The notes under the pieces were generated by a model. The model saw only the letters and a program-made list of their open reading frames with translations. It did not search any database and had not been told where the DNA came from. The position numbers were made by a program, and so were the translations under genes. From positions 1-64,000 of the forward strand of contig MHLM01000015.1 in the NCBI GenBank assembly GCA_001821395.1: a stretch of DNA of 64,000 nucleotides. The letters run 5' to 3'. This DNA is from Candidatus Lloydbacteria bacterium RIFCSPHIGHO2_02_FULL_50_18. Lineage in GTDB: Bacteria; Patescibacteriota; Minisyncoccia; Phycocordibacterales; UBA6899. Below are positions 17,470-25,817 of this stretch, piece by piece. The stretch's first letter is position 1. Each line of letters starts with the position of its first letter.

Positions 17470-19827
17470 CTATTTTACCCCCGCGTACAAACTTCTCTGG
17501 AAATCAAAAAAGGTCGAGCGAATAGCGTCTACATCCCCGAGAATATCCACCGCATCAGCAATAGCGTGATATTTCAAATTGAGCAATTGCGGGAGCTTTT
17601 CTTCGTCGAGCTCCTCGACTCCGCGCTCGACATACTTAGCAAGTACGAACTCAAGAAAATCTTTTTGATCATCATTCAATCCGCCCAAGATTGCACTCTT
17701 GGCACCCAAAACACGATCGACGCGCGAGATTGGCTGTACGCAAAACGAGACATAAGCGAGCACGTCAAACAAATCACTGTTTTCCGCATCGATCATCTTT
17801 TGAAGTATCTCAAGCTCATCCTTCCCATACCCCGCCTCAGCAAGCTTATCGAGAAATACTTTTCTCGTACTTGGATTGGCCCAAATTTCACGAAGCTCAA
17901 CTTCATTCTTATAAAATGAAGGGAGTGCACCGAACATGTTGTTCATAAATTCCTCTACCGAGATCGGCTTCCCATCTGCGCTCCAAAATGAGGTGGAGAT
18001 CATATGCTTTATTTCTCGATCCTTTCCATCCCGCAACTTTATTTTAAGCTTTTGTATGGGTGGAGGCACATCGCACACGCACGGCTTCTGTCCGCACACA
18101 ACGCATGGCGCGGTCGGAGGCTTCACACACACACAGGGCGTCATACCACATGCTGCACAGGGTTGTTTCGGCGCTGGCTCCACTATCGGCTCATCAATGG
18201 GCTCTCCGTCCCACTCAGGGTCAGCGAAGTGATGATACGCATCCACAAAGTCATAGATAGTGAAATACTCCTTTCCGTCAAAGAGCCGAGTTCCTCGTCC
18301 AACGATCTGCTTAAACTCAATCATGGAGTTTACGGGGCGCATCAGTACAATATTGCGAATGTTTCGCGCATCGACTCCCGTCGAGAGCTTTTGTGAGGTA
18401 GTGAGGATGGTGGGGATACTTTTTTCATTATCCTGGAATTCTTTCAAATACTGATCCCCGCGAGCACCGTCATTGGCCGTCACGCGCACACAATAATTTG
18501 GCTCAGTGCTCTCTTTCATCTGATTCACCAAGTCACGCACTGCGAGTGCATGGTCTTGTGTTGCGCAAAAGATAATAGTCTTTTCGTTTTGATTTATCTC
18601 CTCAAGTATGACGCGTACACGCTTCGCCTCACGCTCCTTGATCTCGATGATCTTATTAAAGTCCGCCTCTTCGTAGATTTTTCCTTCCTCCACTTCCCCC
18701 TCGATGATCTGGTCGTCCGAAGTGTACACATAATCATCCATCGTCGTCTTGATACGCTTCACCTTAAATGGCGTCAGAAATCCGTCATTCACTCCGGTTT
18801 TGAGCGAGTAAGTGTATACGGGCTTTCCGAAATAGTTGTAGGTGTCCACGTTGTCTTGCCTGCGTGGCGTCGCGGTGAGCCCAAGGTGTACCGCAGGCGC
18901 GAAGTGCTCGAGGATCGCTCGCCAATTGCTCTCATCGTTCGCACCCCCACGATGACACTCGTCAATAATGATCAGATCAAAAAAGTCCGAGGGATAGTCC
19001 CCGAAATATGGCGAACCATTTTGCCCGCTCATAAAAGTCTGGAATATGGTGAAAAAGATGCTCCCATTTGTGGGCACAGCACCCTTCTTCCGTATATCAA
19101 GTGGATTAATGCGCACAAGTGCATCCTCATGGAAAGCCGAGAATGAATTAAATGCCTGATTTGCTAAAATATTTCTGTCGGCAAGAAAGAGGATTCTCGG
19201 GCGCCTCCCTCCATCTCGCGCCAAGTTCCATCGTGACTGAAAAAGCTTCCACGCGATCTGAAATGCAATAAAAGTTTTCCCCGTGCCTGTCGCAAGCGTT
19301 AGAAGCGCCCGTTGCTTGTTTTCCGCAATTGCATCGAGTGTATTGTTCACGGCAATTTCTTGATAGTATCGCGCACTCTTTGTGCCGTTCATATCCTCAA
19401 ACGGGACAGCGGCAAATTTCTCCTTCCATGCATTTTGGTCAGAATAGACCATGTTCCATAATTCATCAGGAGTCGGGAAACGTTCCACATATTTCTCCGC
19501 ACCCGTCTCCATGCATATCTCGTATATTTCTTTGCCGTTAGTGGCATAGGTATATTTGATCTCAAGTTTCTCAGCATAAGCCTTCGCCTGTGCGACGCCC
19601 TCCGTCGCCGAGAGTCCCTCATGCTTTGCCTCCACAACCCCGATCTTCATGTTTTTATAAACCAAAATATAGTCAGCGATCTCAGGCTTCCCGCGTACTC
19701 CACCAGTCATAATGCGTCCGAGGGTTATGCGAAACTCCCGCAGGACCTTCGATCCCTCGATCTCGCCCCATCCGGCTTCTTTCAGCTTCGGATCAACATA
19801 TTCCGCTCGTGTTTCAGATTCATTCAT
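17470..19827 (-). CDS. hsdR: type I restriction enzyme R subunit
   Basis: N-terminal PD-(D/E)xK (ADYIL...VVEAKHEG). SF2 motifs (LATGTGKTF, DECHRG, TATPRRQ, motifs V/VI). EcoEI-R-type C-terminal domain. Unusual Cys-rich insert at 18067-18159. Confidence 0.85.
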   Translation of the reverse strand: MNESETRAEYVDPKLKEAGWGEIEGSKVLREFRITLGRIMTGGVRGKPEIADYILVYKNMKIGVVEAKHEGLSATEGVAQAKAYAEKLEIKYTYATNGKEIYEICMETGAEKYVERFPTPDELWNMVYSDQNAWKEKFAAVPFEDMNGTKSARYYQEIAVNNTLDAIAENKQRALLTLATGTGKTFIAFQIAWKLFQSRWNLARDGGRRPRILFLADRNILANQAFNSFSAFHEDALVRINPLDIRKKGAVPTNGSIFFTIFQTFMSGQNGSPYFGDYPSDFFDLIIIDECHRGGANDESNWRAILEHFAPAVHLGLTATPRRQDNVDTYNYFGKPVYTYSLKTGVNDGFLTPFKVKRIKTTMDDYVYTSDDQIIEGEVEEGKIYEEADFNKIIEIKEREAKRVRVILEEINQNEKTIIFCATQDHALAVRDLVNQMKESTEPNYCVRVTANDGARGDQYLKEFQDNEKSIPTILTTSQKLSTGVDARNIRNIVLMRPVNSMIEFKQIVGRGTRLFDGKEYFTIYDFVDAYHHFADPEWDGEPIDEPIVEPAPKQPCAACGMTPCVCVKPPTAPCVVCGQKPCVCDVPPPIQKLKIKLRDGKDREIKHMISTSFWSADGKPISVEEFMNNMFGALPSFYKNEVELREIWANPSTRKVFLDKLAEAGYGKDELEILQKMIDAENSDLFDVLAYVSFCVQPISRVDRVLGAKSAILGGLNDDQKDFLEFVLAKYVERGVEELDEEKLPQLLNLKYHAIADAVDILGDVDAIRSTFFDFQRSLYAGVK

Positions 19828-20477
19828 GATGATTGTTTCGCACCATACTGCTTAACTGCCACACCGTCATATCTTTCTTTGAGTCCCTCATAAATAAGAC
19901 TCACGAGGGGCTTATAATCATCGGCATGATCGATTTGCGCAAGCGCCTGACGGTAGCGATTCTTATTTTCCTTTTCTACTTTTATTGATATACCAATTAA
20001 CCCGTAGCGCTCCAAAATCAAATTCGCAGCAAGACGAGCAGTGCGTCCGTTCCCATCCCGAAATGGATGAACGCAGGTGATAGAATAATGCAACCATGCC
20101 GCCAGATGAATAACTCGCTCAACCGTCTGATGGACTTTCGCCATGCTTACATTTTTTCCTCTTATTATTCCCTCTGCTTTATCTAGCGCTTGTAATTTTT
20201 TCTGCAACTCGACCTCCCTTTCGTTCATGAGGTCATTTATTTTTGAGTGATGAGGGGGGACGTGACTTGAGTCTGTTATTTCAAGATTTTCCGTTCTATA
20301 CTTTCCCGCAATATCAGGCCAGGCATCTTTGAATATTTCCCGATGAATTTCCTTGATCGTTTCAATCGAAATACCCTTGTGTGATCGTGCAAATTTTCTT
20401 ACAAAACGAGAAGCGCGGATCACTCCAATCGCTTCTCGTTTTTGTAACTCTTCTTCCGAGCGCGGACACTCTACCAT
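19824..20477 (-). CDS. Fic/DOC-family protein (putative AMPylating toxin, FicT-like)
   Basis: Fic motif HPFRDGNGRTARL. Confidence 0.85.
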   Translation of the reverse strand: MVECPRSEEELQKREAIGVIRASRFVRKFARSHKGISIETIKEIHREIFKDAWPDIAGKYRTENLEITDSSHVPPHHSKINDLMNEREVELQKKLQALDKAEGIIRGKNVSMAKVHQTVERVIHLAAWLHYSITCVHPFRDGNGRTARLAANLILERYGLIGISIKVEKENKNRYRQALAQIDHADDYKPLVSLIYEGLKERYDGVAVKQYGAKQSS

Positions 20478-20485
20478 GGCAATGC

Positions 20486-20680
20486 TTACGCTACTTTTAG
20501 CGCAAGTTTTTCAAATTCCCCGCGATCAAGCTTGCTTCCCTCAAGCGCACTCGAATAATAGGCATGCTCAATATCCCAACTTTTTTCAAGGGCGGATTTT
20601 TGTTTTGGCGTAAGCTGAGAAATCTGTCGTTCTGCAACTTTCTTACTCGCCATTAACTGTACGAGCCGTAGATTCTTCAT
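20486..20680 (-). CDS. FicA/VbhA-like small antitoxin carrying the inhibitory [S/T]xxxE[G/N] helix motif
   Basis: 64-aa ORF. Motif IEHAYYSSALEGS. Its stop lies 9 nt before the Fic ATG, in a different frame. Confidence 0.55.
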   Translation of the reverse strand: MKNLRLVQLMASKKVAERQISQLTPKQKSALEKSWDIEHAYYSSALEGSKLDRGEFEKLALKVA

Positions 20681-20772
20681 GGATATGACTATACCACTAT
20701 TTGACTATTTTACAACTCCTCATGTTTCAGGGGTGACTCCTTGGCCTTGAAAGGTGTCTCCTCGGAAACTGC

Positions 20773-21978
20773 TCACAACTCCCCAGCAAAGGCCTTTTTC
20801 AACACTGATTTTTTAAGCTCCTCAATATCAGCAAGTTTTTGCCCGTAGATTCCTTCAAGTTTTTTTGTCTGCTCCGCAAGCGCATCGAGCTTTTTGACGA
20901 TGGTTTTTTGCTCTGAGACAGATGGAAATGGAAACCGCTCATGCTCAAACGTTGCCATGTTGATATTGGCCTGCGCACTTCCTTTTCCTTTTGCCTGGAG
21001 TACTGCCTTAAATGATTGCAAAAGATACTCGACAAAATTAGTATCTGCAATTTTGGGATTAGCAACAAGTCCGATCACGCTATCAGGAAAACACGCATCG
21101 AAATTCAGAATTCCAGTTTCTGCGATATTCGCCGCAATCGTAATGCAGATAGTTCCTCTCGGCCACAGCTTGCTCTGCGCCAGTCCCGCCTCGCTATACG
21201 ACTGTGAGTACTCCACAATAAAGTGTCCAGAATTTCGAATATCTCCCGTCTGAATAAAGGGGTACTTTCCGCCATAGAGTTTTTTGTCGTTTCTTGGGCG
21301 ATGCTTAGATTTTCCTCTGCCGAATTGCAGGGAGACTTCTTCTAGCGTCTTTTTCTCCCATTTCGAATTTTCAAAAACCCCCTGCAAATACGATTCAAAA
21401 AGTTCGCGGGAATTCTTCAAATTCTTCTCCGCATTCTCCTTCGCCTTCTCCACTCCCTCAAAAACCTCATCAAGAATTTTTACGATGCGCTTTTGCTCGA
21501 TCGCAGAAGGAAAAGGTATCTCAACCTCTTTTAATTTTGTTCCAGAAAGTTCCTTAAAAGTTGTACCACTACCCAAACTATTCAAAAGTTCAACTGAATC
21601 TTTCAAAAAATAATAGAGAAATTTTGTATCAAGATTTTTATTCGGTATTAATCCCTTACACCCCTGATTTGTTGAAATTTCTTTTGTGTTTATCGCCAAG
21701 TGACCAATCGGAGCACGGGTAGACAAAATAATCGAGTTGGGTGGAATGATTTTTGCTGACGACCTTTCTAATCCAGCCTTTGAAATTTTTCGTTCTGTTT
21801 CCTCAACGTATATTTTCCTAAGTCTCCCCATGTCTTTGGGTGTGATCCACAAAATATTTCCATCCCAGTACCTCAAAACGCCCGTTTTAGGAGTTCCTCC
21901 GTTTACAATCTCGCAAACCTCCCCAAGTTTTTTTATTTGCCAGTTAGTTTTCATAGTGAGAAATAATTTGCTTTCCAT
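20773..21978 (-). CDS. hsdS: type I restriction-modification specificity subunit
   Basis: Two target-recognition-domain layout with conserved central/C-terminal helices. TRD motif EIVNGGTPKT. Alternative start ATG at 21954. Confidence 0.85.
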   Translation of the reverse strand: MESKLFLTMKTNWQIKKLGEVCEIVNGGTPKTGVLRYWDGNILWITPKDMGRLRKIYVEETERKISKAGLERSSAKIIPPNSIILSTRAPIGHLAINTKEISTNQGCKGLIPNKNLDTKFLYYFLKDSVELLNSLGSGTTFKELSGTKLKEVEIPFPSAIEQKRIVKILDEVFEGVEKAKENAEKNLKNSRELFESYLQGVFENSKWEKKTLEEVSLQFGRGKSKHRPRNDKKLYGGKYPFIQTGDIRNSGHFIVEYSQSYSEAGLAQSKLWPRGTICITIAANIAETGILNFDACFPDSVIGLVANPKIADTNFVEYLLQSFKAVLQAKGKGSAQANINMATFEHERFPFPSVSEQKTIVKKLDALAEQTKKLEGIYGQKLADIEELKKSVLKKAFAGEL

Positions 21979-23113
21979 TCTGTATCAATTGGTCGTAAGT
22001 GAGAATGTCTATATCATGTAAACTAGAGTTTAAAAAATGAAGAGCTTTTTTCTCATCCTCAGTAAAGGCATCTGACCGACCGAGAATGAGCTGGACTCTT
22101 GGTCTTAGTATTCGAACAGAGTGCTGAATCGACAAAGTTTTTTTATAGTCTTCGATTCTTTGTAAATAAATTAAGGACTGACCAATTGCTTCCGAGAAAG
22201 GGCTCGTAGGGAAATGGCAACGATGCGAAGTATCATATCTAAACAGCGGGCTGCCGACACTTGGCCTCTTAACTTCAATGAGGCTGATAAATCCATCGGG
22301 CGTTTCGAGTACGATGTCTGCCTCAGAGTTATCTTCTCCAATCTTCCTGAATGTGTGCTTTTTGTAGTACTCGACTCCAAAAACCCACAAATTAGCCCCA
22401 ATCCATTTATGAAACACACCCTCTGGTTGATTTGCGTGATATTTCTTTAGTGCACCATTTCCTTTTATTGCCTCAAGGAAATTCACGTCAGATTCGATGC
22501 TTAAAAGGTATTCTAAATTAGCAATAGCCTCTTTGTGTTCTTTTTGTTTTATTGCTGCGCTCAAACTCTCGACGTCAAGGGCATCAATATTCTCAATAAA
22601 CTTCTGAAATAAACTATTTCTTTCAGCGGTGCCCAACTTATTAAAAAGCTGAAACAGCTGATCAGATGTTAATGCTTGCGACCCATGCAATAACTGTGAA
22701 AATGCATTCTTTCGCTCCACAAGTTCACTTACGTTTTGATCAGTAAATTTTAAATTTTCCTTAGAAGTTAAGTCCAGTAAATCTAATGATTCAAGAAACT
22801 TAATAAAGCGAGTAAGTGCTCCTCCATGAAAACTGAAAGATTGATTATGTGGTATGCCAGTATCTTTTGAAAATCTTTGAATGCGCAATGAAAACCCAGT
22901 GGTGTCTTGATTATAAATAGCGGTTATTTCTTGCACTGCGCTTTCGCGTATGACCTCAAAAACTTTCTTTTCTTTTTGATCGTTATAAAAATCTTTAAAA
23001 TCTTTTAGCTCAAATACTTTTGAAATGTATCTGATGTTCCCATCTTTCCCAATCGCCCTACTCACATAAGTAAGTGCGGGGTCTTTTTTGATCGCATACT
23101 CTCCATTGCTCAT
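21944..23113 (-). CDS. uncharacterised protein with a putative PD-(D/E)xK nuclease core, nested between hsdM and hsdS (possibly DUF4263/Shedu-like; candidate accessory defence gene)
   Basis: 389 aa. Motif SEADIVLETPDGFISLIEVKRP (D...E-x-K). The gene overlaps both neighbours by a few nt, so it is in the operon. Confidence 0.5.
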   Translation of the reverse strand: MSNGEYAIKKDPALTYVSRAIGKDGNIRYISKVFELKDFKDFYNDQKEKKVFEVIRESAVQEITAIYNQDTTGFSLRIQRFSKDTGIPHNQSFSFHGGALTRFIKFLESLDLLDLTSKENLKFTDQNVSELVERKNAFSQLLHGSQALTSDQLFQLFNKLGTAERNSLFQKFIENIDALDVESLSAAIKQKEHKEAIANLEYLLSIESDVNFLEAIKGNGALKKYHANQPEGVFHKWIGANLWVFGVEYYKKHTFRKIGEDNSEADIVLETPDGFISLIEVKRPSVGSPLFRYDTSHRCHFPTSPFSEAIGQSLIYLQRIEDYKKTLSIQHSVRILRPRVQLILGRSDAFTEDEKKALHFLNSSLHDIDILTYDQLIQNGKQIISHYEN

Positions 23114-24555
23114 AACAAGTTTTTCAATATCTGAGCACTTTCTTTATCCAATTTCTCCATTTCCTTCAAAATCTCCTTCGGGGTGCGCAGCGCTACCTCA
23201 CCTCCCTTGTTTGGATTCTTTGCCGATAGGTCGAAGGTCTTCTGGTCGACGTCTTTTATGTCTATGCTCCATGAATTTTCAGAATCACCATTCGTCTCTT
23301 GGAGTTTTATAAAATCAGCAAGGTCGGCTTCGTTGAGTGCATTGGTCTTGCCGAGGTTGCGGTCGAGGTTGAGCTGATAGAACCAGACTTTTTTCGTTGG
23401 TGCACCCTTCTCAAAAAAGAGTATGACCGTTTTCACCCCTGCACCAGTGAATGTGCCACCTGGCAGGTCGAGCACGGTGTGGAGATTGCAACTTTCAAGC
23501 AGCATTTTGCGAAGCGACACCGAAGCATTGTCGGTGTTGGAAAGAAAGGTGTTTTTGATGACCACACCCGCTTTTCCTCCGGCTTTCAGCATTTTGATGA
23601 AATGCTGGAGAAAAAGAAATGCCGTCTCTCCCGTTTTGATAGGAAAATTCTGCTGTACCTCAGGTCTCTCTGAGCCTCCAAATGGCGGATTCGCAAGCAC
23701 GATCTCATAGCGGTCTTTCTCCTGAATATCCGCAAGGTTTTCGGCAAGTGTGTTGGTGTGAATGATGTTCGGAGCCTCGATGCCATGGAGAATCATGTTC
23801 ATGATGCCAATGATGTAGGCGAGCGATTTCTTCTCCTTGCCGTAAAATGTCTTCTTCTGAAGTGTCTGCATGTCGCTTGTCGAAAGCTTCTTGCTCTCCT
23901 TCAAGTATTCAAACGCTTCCACGAGGAATCCCGCCGAGCCCACAGCCCCATCATAGACTTTATCGCCGATTTTTGGAGCGACCACCTTCACGATGGTCTT
24001 GATGAGTGGGCGCGGGGTGTAGTACTCGCCACCATTGCGCCCTGCGTTGCCCATGTTCTTTATCTTGCCCTCGTAAAGGTGTGAAAGCTCGTGCTTTTCG
24101 CTCTGCGAGCGAAAGTGCATTCCATCCACGAGGTTCAGCACCTCGCGGAGGTTGTACCCACTTTGTATCTTGTTTTTGATCTCGCTAAAAATTTCTCCGA
24201 TCTTGTACTCGATCGTGTCGGGACTCACTGCATCCGCCTTGAATTTCTTGAAATACGGAAAAAGCTCGCGCTCGACGAAATCCTTAAGGTCATCACCCGA
24301 CAGTGCTTTGCTGTGGTCAATCTTCTTATCTCCTGTCTTGGGCACTGCCCACACTTCCCAGCGAAACTTCGGCGAGATGATATATTCGTATTTTTTACCT
24401 GCGAGCTTCGCCTCGGTCTCCTTATCCTTTTCAAGATCATCAAGATACTTGAGAAAGAGCACCCACGAAGTCTGCTCGATATAATCCAGCTCACTCGACG
24501 CCCCCGCATCCTTACGCAATATGTCATCAATATTTTTAAAGTGTTGTTCAAACAT
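23110..24555 (-). CDS. hsdM: type I restriction-modification N6-adenine DNA methyltransferase
   Basis: HsdM N-terminal domain. SAM-binding motif DGAVGSAGFL. Catalytic motif NPPFG. Start moved to ATG 24555 because the longer ORF would overlap the tRNA. Confidence 0.9.
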   Translation of the reverse strand: MFEQHFKNIDDILRKDAGASSELDYIEQTSWVLFLKYLDDLEKDKETEAKLAGKKYEYIISPKFRWEVWAVPKTGDKKIDHSKALSGDDLKDFVERELFPYFKKFKADAVSPDTIEYKIGEIFSEIKNKIQSGYNLREVLNLVDGMHFRSQSEKHELSHLYEGKIKNMGNAGRNGGEYYTPRPLIKTIVKVVAPKIGDKVYDGAVGSAGFLVEAFEYLKESKKLSTSDMQTLQKKTFYGKEKKSLAYIIGIMNMILHGIEAPNIIHTNTLAENLADIQEKDRYEIVLANPPFGGSERPEVQQNFPIKTGETAFLFLQHFIKMLKAGGKAGVVIKNTFLSNTDNASVSLRKMLLESCNLHTVLDLPGGTFTGAGVKTVILFFEKGAPTKKVWFYQLNLDRNLGKTNALNEADLADFIKLQETNGDSENSWSIDIKDVDQKTFDLSAKNPNKGGEVALRTPKEILKEMEKLDKESAQILKNLL

Positions 24556-24561
24556 TTTTTT

Positions 24562-24637
24562 TGGTGGACCATGGGAGAATCGAACTCCCCACCTCTTCCA
24601 TGCCATGGAAGCGCTCTACCAAATGAGCTAATGGCCC
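24562..24637 (-). tRNA. tRNA-Ala (anticodon GGC), CCA encoded
   Basis: Manual fold: acceptor GGGCCAT/ATGGTCC with G3:U70. D-arm GCTC-ATTTGGTA-GAGC. Anticodon loop ATGGCAT. T-arm GGGAG-TTCGATT-CTCCC. 76 nt. Confidence 0.85.
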
Positions 24638-24892
24638 GTAGAAAGATGATAACTTACAAATGGGTTTTCTTCAATGAAGACGGGGGGGGTCGAGTCGTGA
24701 AGGGAGTCGAAGCTTATTCGAGATCGTCATCGCAAGCTTTGTGGAGATGGCAAGTCGTGTAGTGCGTTGCCGGAGGGCAACACTGCTACGAAAAAGCCAA
24801 CCGGGTGTCTGGCTTTGCGGACTTGGCTTACAGCTTCAGTACGCCTTTTCGATTTATTCAGAGCGAAGCTCTTCATAAATAACGAAAAGCCC

Positions 24893-24988
24893 TTCGACTC
24901 CCCGCCGCAAGTGAAGCAGTTCACTTGCTTGAGTCCACAGGTACAAAAAAATTACGATTTCTCGTAATTTTTTTGTACCTGTGGACTC
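24893..24988. repeat. Inverted partial copy of the tRNA-Ala(CGC) 3' half (T-loop, GCAG-loop hairpin insert, acceptor 3' strand) followed by a 27-bp perfect inverted repeat / bidirectional terminator
   Basis: ttcgactccccg (24893-24904). Hairpin gcaagtgaa-gcag-ttcacttgc (24907-24928). Arms 24931-24957 / 24962-24988 with loop tttc. Confidence 0.6.
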
Positions 24989-25052
24989 ACGGGGAGTCGA
25001 ACCCCGGACTCGGCAATGCGAATGCCGTGTAATACCACTTTACTATGAGCCC
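24982..25052 (-). tRNA. tRNA-Ala (anticodon CGC), CCA not encoded
   Basis: Manual fold: acceptor GGGCTCA/TGAGTCC with G3:U70. Anticodon arm CGGCA-TTCGCAT-TGCCG. T-arm CGGGG-TTCGACT-CCCCG. Confidence 0.8.
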
Positions 25053-25095
25053 AGTAGGCGAATAGTAGCGAATTTATCCGTGGGGTGCAAATTGT

Positions 25096-25140
25096 TGGAC
25101 CGTACAGGAATCTCGGCTACCGCCGCGGGTGATATTCAAT
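25096..25140. repeat. Repeat copy 2: 14-nt antisense copy of the tRNA-Ala(UGC) 3' end (tggaccgtacagga) fused to the same 34-nt element as 4539-4572; first unit of a degenerate tandem array of tRNA-3' fragments (cgtacaggaat at 25101, 25145 and 25314)
   Basis: Exact 34/34 identity with 4539-4572. Repeated cgtacaggaat and ccagtttc-r-attt strings between 25096 and 25420. Confidence 0.65.
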
Positions 25141-25398
25141 TTCGTACAGGAATTTCGACGCCTACTGCGTCAGTACCCAGTTTCAATTTGAATACAGGAC
25201 TCTTCCTCTACGAGGACAGTATACCTTTCACCACAGAGAGTACTTCTTGTTTTCTAGCTCACTTCGTTCGTAAGTAAACAATGTCGTCCGTTTACTGAGG
25301 ATAAGAATCCTGCCGTACAGGAATCTCTCCCCTTACAGGGGCAGTGTCCAGTTTCGATTTACTCAAAATAGGAATTTCTCGTAAATATCGAAACAGGC

Positions 25399-25500
25399 TT
25401 CGAGTCCTTACGCAAGCAATGCAGATTGCTTGCTACGGTCCACACCATATAAGAAAAAACTGCCTTACGGCAGTTTTTACTTTATGGTGTGGACCGTACA
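25399..25500. repeat. Inverted partial copy of the tRNA-Ala(UGC) 3' half with GCAG-loop hairpin insert, plus a long imperfect inverted repeat / terminator
   Basis: ttcgagtcct (25399-25408). Hairpin gcaagcaat-gcag-attgcttgc (25412-25433). tacggtccacacc (25434-25446) inverted against gtgtggaccgta (25486-25497). Terminator aaaaactgcc-ttac-ggcagttttt. Confidence 0.55.
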
Positions 25501-25562
25501 GGACTCGAACCTGCCACCCCCGCATTGCAAATGCGGTGCTCTACCAGATGAGCTAACGGCCC
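25490..25562 (-). tRNA. tRNA-Ala (anticodon UGC), CCA not encoded
   Basis: Manual fold: acceptor GGGCCGT/ACGGTCC with G3:U70. Anticodon arm CCGCA-TTTGCAA-TGCGG. T-arm GCAGG-TTCGAGT-CCTGT. Confidence 0.85.
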
Positions 25563-25817
25563 TAAAACATTTTGCTGCAAAACGTTCGGGCGAACAATTT
25601 TTCGGAAAATTGTTTTAGCCCAATGACCAACAAAGAGCTTCTTCGTCAGTAACGGAAAGAATACACTAAAACAGTATCTCAAACAAGTACCCCACCGATC
25701 ACAGAAGAAGAGCGATGTATCTTTCAACTATTTCCTCAAGTGTAAGCCGTTCCTATTGTGCGGCAGAGGTGGGGTCCATACGATCAAATACCACTGACGC
25801 GGCGATTGAGAACCTGA

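Larger units (their letters stand above)
17406..24637 (-). mobile_element. Putative tRNA-Ala(GGC)-integrated genomic (defence) island carrying the type I R-M / Fic module; no integrase in the window
   Basis: The hsdM start codon is 6 nt from the tRNA-Ala(GGC) 3' end. A degenerate direct repeat of the tRNA 3' region lies at the far end. The segment looks A+T-richer than its flanks. Confidence 0.45.

Noticed and set aside
18550-19146. 198-aa plus-strand ORF
   Set aside because: Antisense to hsdR.
24638-24981. tmRNA (ssrA) between the two G3:U70 tRNA-Ala-like genes
   Set aside because: Both flanking genes fold as complete tRNAs with anticodons. I found no GGGG 5' acceptor paired with a 3' T-arm/ACCA on either strand and no tag reading frame ending in ...AA-stop. 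Left as an unassigned ncRNA candidate instead.
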